A stretch of 64,000 nt of DNA from an uncultured Methanosarcinaceae archaeon (GTDB lineage Archaea > Halobacteriota > Methanosarcinia > Methanosarcinales > Methanosarcinaceae), in the NCBI GenBank assembly GCA_963833425.1, contig CAWHXP010000008.1, forward strand, positions 340,578 through 404,577, written 5' to 3'. The translations under genes and the position numbers were made by a program. Every line of letters starts with the position of its first letter. Within the stretch, counting starts at the first letter, position 1. Below, piece after piece: positions 12,318-22,538 of the stretch. The notes under the pieces were generated by a model. It was not told where the DNA came from. It did not search any database and saw nothing but the letters and a program-made list of their open reading frames with translations.

Positions 12318-13320
12318 TTAATTTTGATTCTATATTTGAATAGAACATTAATGGTTTCAATAAGCACAATAAAACCATATAAAGATAAGCAGTTGTTTCA
12401 TAAATTTGAAATTTCTTAGCTGTACACAGATATAGAATTTGTTGCCTATCTGATTAGCATTATTAATTGAAAATTGAATTCATTTTCAAGATACTTTCAT
12501 ACATGATAAAATAATAGTATTCTCACACATATTGTCAGACAGTAGACGAATAAAAAAATGTACGTTTTATGTGTGAAAATTGAAAAAAGGAGTGATTTCA
12601 CGAAAAAGCACTTATTTATATCTTTTTTAGGTTTTTGTTCCTTCTTTAATCCTTATTCTGATCTTGACTGAGTGCTACCCTTCTCAGAATTCTTATCTCC
12701 ACTTTTATGAAAATTGGCTTTTCTGCAGGAGACGTACTTTCAATCCTGCTGCAAATCTAGTCGGGAACAGAATCAATATCCTTCTGTCAAAACTGAAGTA
12801 CGAGATTTCAACAGTTAAGGATAATTAAGTCCGTTTCTTTGGTATTTTTTATAGGATCCAGATCAGGAAACTGACAAAAAAATGTAACTATACAGTTATC
12901 AATATAGAATGAGCAATTATTTAAGTCATCGTTTTCTCTCACCTTCCTACAATATTGCTTTCTTATTTTTTCATTATAGTAACAGCTATCTTAATGGTTA
13001 TGGTTGTAACACATTCGTTAACGAAGCGATTAATGGAATGGTGTGAGCAACTCCTACCATGGTTTCACTCCTAAATGTAGACCCTACTGCTATTTTGTTA
13101 ATAGCCATTTTTTTCATATATATGATTGCCTAATTGCCTAATTGAATAGTACCGATATTCTTAAACTTGGTAAAATAAAAAATATTGGAACCTGGTGGCA
13201 AACATAGAGCAGAAGGAACTTTTGATGGGATACATTTTAATGGATTAGTACCATTCTCCAAGTTTAAAAACTAGATTTGATCTATGAGTGAATGATATGA
13301 GTGGACTTTAGAAAAATTTG

Positions 13321-14373
13321 TTAGCAATTCACTTTAAAGCGGAGCAGCGCTGCAATTCCTCCAAGTTTATGAAGCTTTTCTCCAGGCTCAAAGGCAGTGC
13401 TGAAAACAACAATTTTTCCCTGGGCTTGTTCAATCTTCATCAGGAGTTCGTCAATATCCACTCCTTTTTCCCTCCCATTTCTCAAGGTTTCGTCAGCAAT
13501 GAGCAGCTTCTCGATAGCTCCATAACCAAGAGCATTTTGAACATCTTTAAAACCATAAGCTGCTTTGCCATTAATTGATATTTCTCGAATAAGATCTTCT
13601 ATCAAAATTGATTCACGGGCTATGCGTGATTCTAGCATGATCCTGTCAACTGCACCTCTGCGAAGTACTTCCTGAAAGCCGGAAATTCCAATCATGGCCG
13701 TATCTTCTGTTATTGCCTTTGAAGCCATAGACGGCGCAGCCTGATAGAAATACTTCAAAAAATCGTCTTTGGTAAACCCTGGCCCTGCAATAACTAAAGA
13801 GGCTTCTTCCGGAACTACATGTCTGAGCTGATCAAGAATACTCCTGAAAAATTCATTTCTTAGACCTGTTTCCCGTTTTCCGGATGACTGGTGAATGTGG
13901 GAGTAGATCTCGATTCCATAATGATGTACAAAACCAATATCTGCATCTCCTTCTTCGATTGCAACAATAACGACCTTCGGACGTCTCGAAGCCTCTTCAG
14001 AGTCCTTAATTCGTTGGAGCTGATCATTTTTCCAGTATTCTTTAATGATAGAAATGTTAGTTCCGATCTCGACATTAAGTGTGTGATAGGAGCCAGCATC
14101 CATTCCATGCTCTATGGGCCCGTGTATTCGTAGCCTGTTAGCAAATTTATTAAACTCCATTTCTTCAACCCGGATTCCGAGCCTAACCTTTAATTTCTCA
14201 ATTTTTTCGGGGCGTATTTTATCACTTGAAATATCAGCTTTCCTTTTGGTAAGAGCAAAGACAAGGTCCGATGCTTCAATAATATATTTTAGATGCCATA
14301 GGTCGTCGATAGATTCGATTGTCACTGAAATATTTCCTTCCCTTCCTTTAAGGAAACGATTTGTAACTCTCAT
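13321..14373 (-). CDS. pelA: mRNA surveillance protein Pelota
   Basis: DDLWHL, RLRIHG, GSYHTLNV, LGGIAALLRF; eRF1-like domains. Confidence 0.95.
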   Translation of the reverse strand: MRVTNRFLKGREGNISVTIESIDDLWHLKYIIEASDLVFALTKRKADISSDKIRPEKIEKLKVRLGIRVEEMEFNKFANRLRIHGPIEHGMDAGSYHTLNVEIGTNISIIKEYWKNDQLQRIKDSEEASRRPKVVIVAIEEGDADIGFVHHYGIEIYSHIHQSSGKRETGLRNEFFRSILDQLRHVVPEEASLVIAGPGFTKDDFLKYFYQAAPSMASKAITEDTAMIGISGFQEVLRRGAVDRIMLESRIARESILIEDLIREISINGKAAYGFKDVQNALGYGAIEKLLIADETLRNGREKGVDIDELLMKIEQAQGKIVVFSTAFEPGEKLHKLGGIAALLRFKVNC

Positions 14374-14485
14374 ATCTTTCTCATTCCCTGCATTTCAATT
14401 TGCTTTTCAATTAACTCTTTGGCTTTATTTATCTATAATTTGTTTACAGTCTCCATCAATTCCTAAACTTAATCAGAAACTCTAC

Positions 14486-16732
14486 TCAAACTCTCTCTTC
14501 AGTTTCTTCTTTTGATATTTCTCCGAATTCTTCTTCATCTTCCTCACCGCTACCCTCGTACTCACATTCTACTTCAGAAGTTTGATATTCTCCGCTCATA
14601 TGCTCTATTTTTTGACTTTTTCGTTCTGGTTTCTGGTTCTTTAAATCCGATTCTCCAGGAGGGACCATCATGCCAATTTGGTCTGGGGATGCGATCTGCT
14701 TGACGAAACGAGGATCTTTGAGCTCATTTGCATAAATTTTGTAAATCTTTTTTGAGATATCATTCTGGTTAAACGTGCCTGGAACAATCTCCAGAATATA
14801 ATCACCATGCTTTCGGACAGCAAAAATGGGGCCACCGATCACCCTCATCTCTTTCTTGAGCTCAAGAGCAACTGCTATGCCCAGAGGCACATCCCTAAAA
14901 TAATTGCGTTCTCCCCGAATGATAAAAGCTCCCTTCCTCACATATTCTCCAGATTCCGGGGTCTTTGTAACCTGTTCAGAACTGATCCAGTAGCAATCTC
15001 CACTAAAATGTCCTTCTTTCCAGAGGCTGGAATAAGAAACTGCAAACTGCGCAGCTTCTCTTAGCGTAGATTCAGGGACTTCCTCTCCTGTGGTCTTGAC
15101 AACCGTTAGAGGAGCACCTGGGGTCTGAGTATGAAAGACGATGTCCCTTTTTTCTATATATTTTTTAAAAATTTCTTCATTGGTATCAGCATCTCTGCCT
15201 CCAACAACCAAAAAATTATCCGAGGATACAAACCATCTGAAGCGGTCATACCAGTGCTTTTTCCTGGACATCTGGAGTTTCCTCCTTGATTTTGCAGTTT
15301 TTGCTTCAATCTTTTTCTCCATAGCTTTTCTGGTATTTTCGATAGCTTTGATAGCACCTTCACTTTTTTTGCTAAATTTTTTTACTCTTTCATAGTATTC
15401 CTGGGCGTTCTGAGGGACTGTCTTTCGGATATCAAGGTTAACGCTCGCGCCATCTAGATCCACGGTTACAGTCCCTGTCTTTTGGTCAATATTTGTAATT
15501 CTTTGCGCAGCAGGTAACGTATAGTTTGCTTTTTTAAGAATAGATCGTATCTCATCCCATGAATAGCCCTTTGATCTCGCTTTATTAAACACCGAAAAAA
15601 GTTTTTCGATAAGCTGATAATTGGCATAGACGGCTTCTGCAAGCATATTATTTTTTTCAATTTCTTTATCGAATTTCTCAAGGCTCGCCTCCTGCTGGAG
15701 AAGTCGTCTTTCGTAAACATTTAAATTTTTTTCTGTTGTCTCTGCTTCCTTTACTATTTCGATATTTTCAAGTGCCTTCTTCCCGAAGAACTCGTCAAGC
15801 GCAGTATTGAAGAAATCGAAATATTCTTTTTCACGTTCTGAGTAGCGAATAAGATCAAAAGGCAGCACATCGAAAGTTTCCATTTTTCCATTGATTTCTT
15901 TTTTTACGTGCTGAGGTTTTAGTCCAAGAGTTTCATATTCAATTCCCGTTTCATTTTTAATTCCGATATCGGTTCCAGACGCAATTTCAATTTGAAATTT
16001 TCCATTACATTCAGCTCTTGCCCTAAATAGGGGAGCGAATAAATCAAGCATAGCATTGGATAACTTAGAAGCATCCTCTTCTGATGCTTCCTTTGCAGGC
16101 TTAGATTTTTCAATTTTCGCCCTCGAACAGACTTCTTCTGCCAGAACTCCTCCGAGATTGAACCTGGTAGCGATTGTACGGACAATGTCAGCAGTAGATT
16201 CGGAAAAAGCTTTCATAAGGTGCGAAACCTTGGCATCTATTGGGCTTAGTTGTGCCTCAGGGAGTTCGTAGATTTCTCCACTCCTGAGCCTGCGATCCCG
16301 CAAGGTCACAGGGTTCATTGGAAGGATAATTTTGTTTTCGGAATCAACGATAAGCAAGTTACCCCGAGCAAAAAGTTCCACAATAAGAGTACTCCTTACT
16401 CCTGCCCTTTCTATCCCTATTTTAATGATTCTGTCAAAATCATGCTGTTCCACAGATACAATCCTGCCACCTATAAGGTACTTTCTTAGCAGCATCGGAA
16501 AAGCTTTGGGAAGGTTAGGACTTGCCCCAAAGTATTTGCTTAGATGGATGCGTTTACCAGCCTCGATAACCAGGTTGTCTTTACCTTTATGGTAAACATA
16601 AAGATTGATGCGAATCTCCTTACTTGCAAGCTGGTAGATCTTTCCTATCTTAGAATCAATGATGGACTTTGGGCCTGCTGACAGCTCAGCAACAACTGCA
16701 GCAACGTCGGCACTGGACATATCATTTTTCAT
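14486..16732 (-). CDS. rqcH: Ribosome quality-control protein RqcH/Rqc2 (NFACT family)
   Basis: MSSADV, FPMLLRKYL, FDRII, IVELF, WYDRFRWF, GGRDADTNE, TPESGEYVRKGAFIIRG. Confidence 0.92.
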   Translation of the reverse strand: MKNDMSSADVAAVVAELSAGPKSIIDSKIGKIYQLASKEIRINLYVYHKGKDNLVIEAGKRIHLSKYFGASPNLPKAFPMLLRKYLIGGRIVSVEQHDFDRIIKIGIERAGVRSTLIVELFARGNLLIVDSENKIILPMNPVTLRDRRLRSGEIYELPEAQLSPIDAKVSHLMKAFSESTADIVRTIATRFNLGGVLAEEVCSRAKIEKSKPAKEASEEDASKLSNAMLDLFAPLFRARAECNGKFQIEIASGTDIGIKNETGIEYETLGLKPQHVKKEINGKMETFDVLPFDLIRYSEREKEYFDFFNTALDEFFGKKALENIEIVKEAETTEKNLNVYERRLLQQEASLEKFDKEIEKNNMLAEAVYANYQLIEKLFSVFNKARSKGYSWDEIRSILKKANYTLPAAQRITNIDQKTGTVTVDLDGASVNLDIRKTVPQNAQEYYERVKKFSKKSEGAIKAIENTRKAMEKKIEAKTAKSRRKLQMSRKKHWYDRFRWFVSSDNFLVVGGRDADTNEEIFKKYIEKRDIVFHTQTPGAPLTVVKTTGEEVPESTLREAAQFAVSYSSLWKEGHFSGDCYWISSEQVTKTPESGEYVRKGAFIIRGERNYFRDVPLGIAVALELKKEMRVIGGPIFAVRKHGDYILEIVPGTFNQNDISKKIYKIYANELKDPRFVKQIASPDQIGMMVPPGESDLKNQKPERKSQKIEHMSGEYQTSEVECEYEGSGEEDEEEFGEISKEETEERV

Positions 16733-17819
16733 GAAGTGAATATTAATAGAGGCTTTTCGTATAAGTCTTTGCCAGCCAATCACCGCATTGGCATCTTACT
16801 GGCCGTTTCGATAACTGCGTATAGCTCGAGCTAAAGTATCGATCACGCAGGCTACTGAATGTTCCAGGAGGGAAAGAAGAAAATTTTATTTAGCAAATAT
16901 AACTGAATATCTATTCTCAATTTTTCATATCCTGCACCCTCAGTGAGACTTTTAAGCAACCGAAAAAGCTCTAATTTTGCTCTTAATGTGAATAAATCAT
17001 ATGGTTATTTGTATCATTAATTTAAAAATTCTACAGTATTGCTTTTTTATTGTAAGTTAAACTAAAATTATTTTAGCTTATATTTTAGACTTATTTTCTC
17101 TCGCTAAAAGTTAAATCCATTATTGCTACTACTGTATTACTTAACATAAAGGGTATGGGGCCATATTACATACTTTATATTTTGGATGTAGGGTTCTGAG
17201 GTAACCGTAAAAAGAGTACTATTATCTACTTAGCATTGTATTTTGTTGAGACACTAAGTTCTTTCGGGATATGCTAACTCTGTCTAAGCTTGAGATTTTT
17301 AAAGGATGAGCTCATTAAGGGTAATCGTAGGAAATGGACCTTAGGCTATCATGTCAGAATAGAAACGTTATATCAATCATTGAGAAACTTCACCTTGAAA
17401 GCATTCCAGAAATTACCATAACTTTTCCCATTGCTTTTTTTGAGTCCTGTTTGTACCTGCTGTTTGTACCTGCACTGCTTGAGTCTGCCTGGTCGTTTTG
17501 TATCAAAGCCAGAATAAGATTAGAGATGTATAGCGTAAACAAACAGATCGAATACCATTATACGCTAAAAATATTAAATATTATAGGAACTTAGTATAAC
17601 TTGCGTTCTCATCTATGTTACATAGCAACGGTCTATTCCAAAAAACTACCCCATCAAAAACTTTGTGCAATTTAACTAATTGCAACAAAAGGATAAAATC
17701 AAAAGATTTGACTCGTAGACCCAATCTCAAATTTCTTCTATGTAGATTGTGCCTTTCGAAATTTCAATAATTTTTCAGCTGAGAACGCTATTACCCCACT
17801 ATTTTTTTAAAGTACATAT

Positions 17820-17966
17820 TTGTGCTAAAATTTTTTAATTTCCTAAATCGATCCAGAATAAGAAAAAATTGCTGATTTATTACTCATGGAGCTTATGGAG
17901 CTGATGTGCCTCATAGAACGTCTGGAGCTCATGGAACACTTGGAACTAATTGACCTAAATTATAAT
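17820..17966 (+). repeat. ~140-bp repeat, copy 1, with internal 9-nt CTCATGGAR tandem units
   Basis: Aligns by eye with 18921-19056. Confidence 0.85.
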
Positions 17967-18102
17967 CATAAATAGAAACAAGAGAAAAAAATCAAAGGGT
18001 CTAGAGTAGATTTTACAGATCTTTCAGTACACTGCCTAATTTTGAGTTTTGGGATTCGATCAACAAACAAATAAAATTATAGTTAAGCCACAATAATGCT
18101 TT

Positions 18103-18627
18103 TTACACCACCTTAGGATAATTAGCTGCCCAGAATTTATGGTCAAATACAACCGGATACTCTACATTTACCCATTCTGTGAAACCACCTTGCATGTTAT
18201 AGACTCTTTTATAACTGGAATCTATCAGCATTTTGCTTGCGATGGCACCTCTTTTTCCGCTCAGGCAATAAACAAGTATTTTTGTACATTTGTTTTTTGG
18301 CAAATCTTTATTATTTTTTCTATTCCACTCCAACAGCTCTTCATTGGATAAATTAATAGGATCATGTGACGGCACATTTTTTAATGGTATTAACTTTGCT
18401 CCTTTGACATGTGTATAATTGTATTCGGCAGGAGTACGAACATCTAGAATAAATAATCTATAGCTTGGATCGAATTCGTTTTTTAGAAACAGTTTGTAAG
18501 CTTCATTGGCAGTTACATTCTTATATTGATTTGTTTGATTACTATCTTCTGCTGCTATTACAATCTGTGAGAACATTAGCGGCACGATAAGAATTGTAGC
18601 AAAATAAGGTAAATGTTGTTTATTCAA
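18103..18627 (-). CDS. Secreted rhodanese-like protein
   Basis: Signal peptide, ILDVRTPAEY..HVKGA, YCLSGKRG active loop, YNMQGGFTEW. Confidence 0.9.
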   Translation of the reverse strand: MNKQHLPYFATILIVPLMFSQIVIAAEDSNQTNQYKNVTANEAYKLFLKNEFDPSYRLFILDVRTPAEYNYTHVKGAKLIPLKNVPSHDPINLSNEELLEWNRKNNKDLPKNKCTKILVYCLSGKRGAIASKMLIDSSYKRVYNMQGGFTEWVNVEYPVVFDHKFWAANYPKVV

Positions 18628-18920
18628 TTAGCGTCCTCCATTTATCAAATTCCTGATCTAATTTGACAATGTTTTCTTCAACAACATAGGTCAAGCATCA
18701 TATAAGTTTCTAAAAATTGTTGCTTCGAGCCCTTAATAATCTCTTCATTTGGCTTTAATTCTAAGGACCAGAGACTTTCAGGGAAATTTACAGTGTATCG
18801 AATGTTCTGTAAAATCTGACTGTCTTTGTATCCCTTTTCTTTCATTGCAAAAAAGCAGGATCAAGAGTCAATGGTTATGCTAATAAGTTATATTTTTATT
18901 GTTTCATTGATGTATAGTTT

Positions 18921-19056
18921 TTGCGCTAAAATCTCTGAATTTCCTAAGTCCATCTAAAATAAGAAAAAATTGCTGATCTAGTACTCATGGAGCTTATGGG
19001 ACTCATAGAACATGTGGAGCTCTTGGAAAATTTGTAACTAATTAAATAAGATATAA
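18921..19056 (+). repeat. ~140-bp repeat, copy 2 (one 9-nt unit shorter)
   Basis: AATAAGAAAAAATTGCTGAT..TACTCATGGAGCTTATGG shared with copy 1. Confidence 0.85.
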
Positions 19057-19131
19057 TGTTAAATTCTGAAAATTTCAGGATAAAAAATTATTATTAATAT
19101 TTAATTGTTTTTTGATTGTGAAAAATATTGT

Positions 19132-19345
19132 ATGAAAGCAAAGCTTGGAAGAATTGTCTCCACTGTCGGCTCAGAGACAGTAACTTCGAATATATACCTC
19201 CAATAGTATAATTAATTCGAAATAATATAAATATCTTACAAGCAATTCTACTTTCTTAAATGCTGATTTTTTTTTTTTCGATCTATTCGTTATGTGGTAT
19301 TGTAGTACAATACACAATTATCGATGTAATTATTTTAAATTAATT
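19132..19345 (+). repeat. Degenerate copy of the CxxC micro-ORF repeat
   Basis: Translates KAWKNCLHCRLRDSNFEYIPPIV*LIRNNINILQAILL; homologous to 19646-19843 and 54324-54509. Confidence 0.75.
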
Positions 19346-19446
19346 ATAAAAAAAAATTTCTGAATAAACTTTACTTTCCAATAATATATTTTAAAACTAA
19401 AAAATTATTATTTATATTTAATTGTTTTTTTGAGTATGAAAAATCT

Positions 19447-19594
19447 GGTTATGTTGCAAAAATAATTTTACTGCCTTTTTAGGCTATAATGGTTGCTTTT
19501 TGTATCATTTTTGACCTGTTCATAGCATATAGATATCCTATTTGTGATGTTTTCATTGGTTTTGTAAAATAGCCAGATTTTTTGCAACGGAACC
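19447..19594. mobile_element. 148-bp IS6-family-type MITE with 8-bp target duplication
   Basis: TIRs GGTTATGTTGCAAAA / TTTTGCAACGGAACC flanked by AAAAATCT on both sides. Confidence 0.85.
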
Positions 19595-19645
19595 AAAAAT
19601 CTTATGCGGGAATATTTTTCGGTTATAAACTATTTTTTGTATAAA

Positions 19646-19843
19646 TTATTCAAAATAATCTTGGATAAATGTGTATTGTAGAGTAAAACCGAACAGCCAC
19701 TTTAAAAGACTAAGAACTAATCGGTAGAGTAGAATTACTTGGAAGAACTTGATCTTATTTCGAATTAAATGTACTTGGGCCTGTATATATCCGAAATAAC
19801 TGTTTCTGCACTGACAGTATAGGCAAGTCTTCCAAATTTTCAT
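19646..19843 (-). CDS. CxxC micro-ORF within a dispersed repeat (coding status uncertain)
   Basis: MKIWKTCLYC...LIRNK..FQ.IL.YR, paralog at 54324. Confidence 0.4.
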   Translation of the reverse strand: MKIWKTCLYCQCRNSYFGYIQAQVHLIRNKIKFFQVILLYRLVLSLLKWLFGFTLQYTFIQDYFE

Positions 19844-20407
19844 CCAATCTTCTTTAATGTGATTGATTTGACACAGTGCAATTTTATGTAAAATTTGCTA
19901 TGTAACAATTAGTATTCTTTTTTGATCACGACTCTGTTACGACATGCATTTTCCTATAATCCTGTATGGGATCTTGATTCAATATGAACCAGCATTTCAG
20001 CTTTTCATTATTAAATTGATTTCAGTTGATTGTTAATTGGATAAATAGTAGATTTTGGAAATCTGAACAGTGTGCCAGTAGTTCTGTAAAATAGAATTTA
20101 TCCTGTATCTTTTCCCCGATTAAAAGCAAAAATTTCTCAATCTTAACATATTTATCCAGCTAAAATTTTTCATCTATAGATTACATAATCAGTATTATGT
20201 CTAAGAAACTAATTGCACTCTAATTTTGAGTGTCGTTACTCTCGAAGACGGCGACAAATGCCAGCGCAGGTTGTTAAGAGAAAGACGATCTTCACTATCA
20301 TCATTACCGTGTTCTCCATCGCCGTTGGCATTAACATTTTGATATACTAAAAAATGGAGTTTATCGAACTAATGATAAAATTGAACAAGAGTTAGGAGTC
20401 TAGACAA

Positions 20408-20764
20408 ATGGGAAAACAAGCATTCAGCCAAACAAAAAAACTACTGGGTATTTTACTAGTTGTTTTTTTTGTAGCAACAATAATATCTCCGGCAATAAGC
20501 GCGGACGCACCCCATCGCAGCAACGTAACATCTCCGGCAATAAGCGCAAACGCATCCCATCACAGCAACAAGGGACTGCAAAAATTCAACACAGAGCAAG
20601 AGGCCAAATTGCATTGTCCAACAGATACTGTTGTTTGGCTTAATCTTCCAACAAACATCTATCATTCAAAAGGTCAAAGTTTGTACGGAAACACCAAAAA
20701 AGGTGCTTATGTTTGCCAGAAAGAAGCAGATCAGGCCGGAGCCCGAGCAACAAAGGGACACTAA
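20408..20764 (+). CDS. Small secreted protein with conserved leader and Cys-containing domain
   Basis: AGGAG RBS, signal peptide, 45-bp duplication, HCPTDTVVWLN..IYH.KG..YG.TK.GAYVC domain. Confidence 0.8.
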   Translation: MGKQAFSQTKKLLGILLVVFFVATIISPAISADAPHRSNVTSPAISANASHHSNKGLQKFNTEQEAKLHCPTDTVVWLNLPTNIYHSKGQSLYGNTKKGAYVCQKEADQAGARATKGH

Positions 20765-21405
20765 AAATTTGTAACCTGTCATTAGTGCTACGAGTGTTTC
20801 GATTTCATGATAAAATATTGAACAGCGATAAAGTATTGGTCAAGAGTTTGAATTATCTGAACCTTAAAATGCATAGGTTTTTTTATAAAACCTATGTATA
20901 TTTTCCAGGATATAATATAATCTTCAATATTTTTTAATATTTGTTTTTATATATTATAAATAATTCACATAATAGTATCAGCGGCATATTTGAACAGGCC
21001 AAAAAATAACCTAAAGATATTATAACTTTAAAAAATAAGTAAAAATATTATATGCCCGTTATCGTGTAAGTCTTAACCAAAATAAAATCCAAAAGATTCT
21101 ATTTATTTTCAAAAATAGAAAAATTACAGTGCTCAGAAGATACCTGAAGAGTTATATCAAATCTGTTGCCTTCAAGTTATGCAGAAAATATTGATTTATC
21201 ACTTTTATCCTACAGAACACTAATAAATTAATGATCTCTAGTTTTGAAATGTTTCATTATTTAGTATAAAAATCCATCATTTATTTCATTTTCGGAAATA
21301 TCATACACATAAATTTTATAATTTCTAAATTCAAGTACTTTTTTGGCTGATTTTTATGCACAAATTTTTATATTTTTGGGCTGGGAATCAGTATCCAAAG
21401 TCACA

Positions 21406-21668
21406 TCAGCGAGCTGGGAATTTCAATAAATCCAACGATTGAGCGCAGGGGTCGGTTATTAATGTAACTCCACATCCACCTTCACATCCACCTATTGGAA
21501 AATGTAAATAATCAACCGATTGAGTACAGGGGTCAGTTATTAATGTGATTCCACATCCACAGATTCTGTCTCCATAGCTATAGGGCTTTGCACCTACGAT
21601 ATTCCCAAGCATTAGAATCATAGTTGCTGAAACTAAGGCTATCTTAATAACTTATGTTTATTTATCAT
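21406..21668 (-). CDS. Small secreted Cys/Gly-rich peptide with 27-aa duplication; leader frameshifted
   Basis: GCG(I/V)TLITDPC.QS.D.L.FP twice (81-bp period); signal-like IKIALVSATMILMLGNIVGA reachable from ATG ~21668 only through a frameshift. Confidence 0.55.
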
Positions 21669-22538
21669 GTATTTTCGCTCATTTAAATATGTTTTACCTA
21701 TAGGTTCTACTAAAAAATTGGACATATTTTACGGAATTAATAACAAAAAAATTTATTATATATGTTAACATATTTATATGGGGATATAGTTAAAACCTCG
21801 AAAAACGTATCGAATAGGGTATTATATTCATAAATATATATAAGCAATAGAATTTAATTTACTTAATATAAATACTATAAAAATGATTTAAAGACTATAT
21901 AATTATATAATATAGTAAGTATAATTCTATTATATACATGAAAGAATACTTACAAACTAAATGTCGCACAAAATAACCCTATTAGATCCATCTTTCCTTA
22001 ATTATTTATTCAGTATGTTATAATTTTATTTGTATAATATTTTCAAATTTATGTCTATGTACTTTTCTATACCAAAAACTACGTAAAAAGGGTGCTTTAC
22101 CAACAATTAAAGAAAACTAGCACACTATAATTCTCATTGTGTCTCGATAAAGAAAGCTTTGTGTTGTTTTACCCAGGCAGAATCGTTAAGAATAATATTT
22201 CCTGGATCAAGCTTTGAATATGGACAGCTTTGTTATGACAGATTTTTATACAAAACTATGCATAAATGAAACAATAGAAACATAACTTTATTAACATAAT
22301 CATTGGCTCAGCATTTTTTTTTGGCAGTGAAAAAGAAGAATATACAGATAATTAGGTTTATAAAGCTGAGGGCTTACTATAATAAAATTCATGCAGTTAA
22401 AGATCTTACTCTTATTTTAATGAAGTCTCTTGCATGATTTGTTTTTGTACAATTCAAAATAGGATTGCATGATCAGTAAGACCTATACCTGCACTTAAAT
22501 TACATTTTTTAATTTTGCAGCTTTTATCGCTGATACTA

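Noticed and set aside
17883..17945. CRISPR array in the 9-nt repeats or other tandem repeats
   Set aside because: No unique spacers between repeats and no cas genes; the other repeats are in-frame coding repeats
20290..20330. Fluoride riboswitch on the minus strand (GGCGATGGAG)
   Set aside because: Lacks the following TTCGCC and the downstream TGA.TCCT pseudoknot; no crcB nearby
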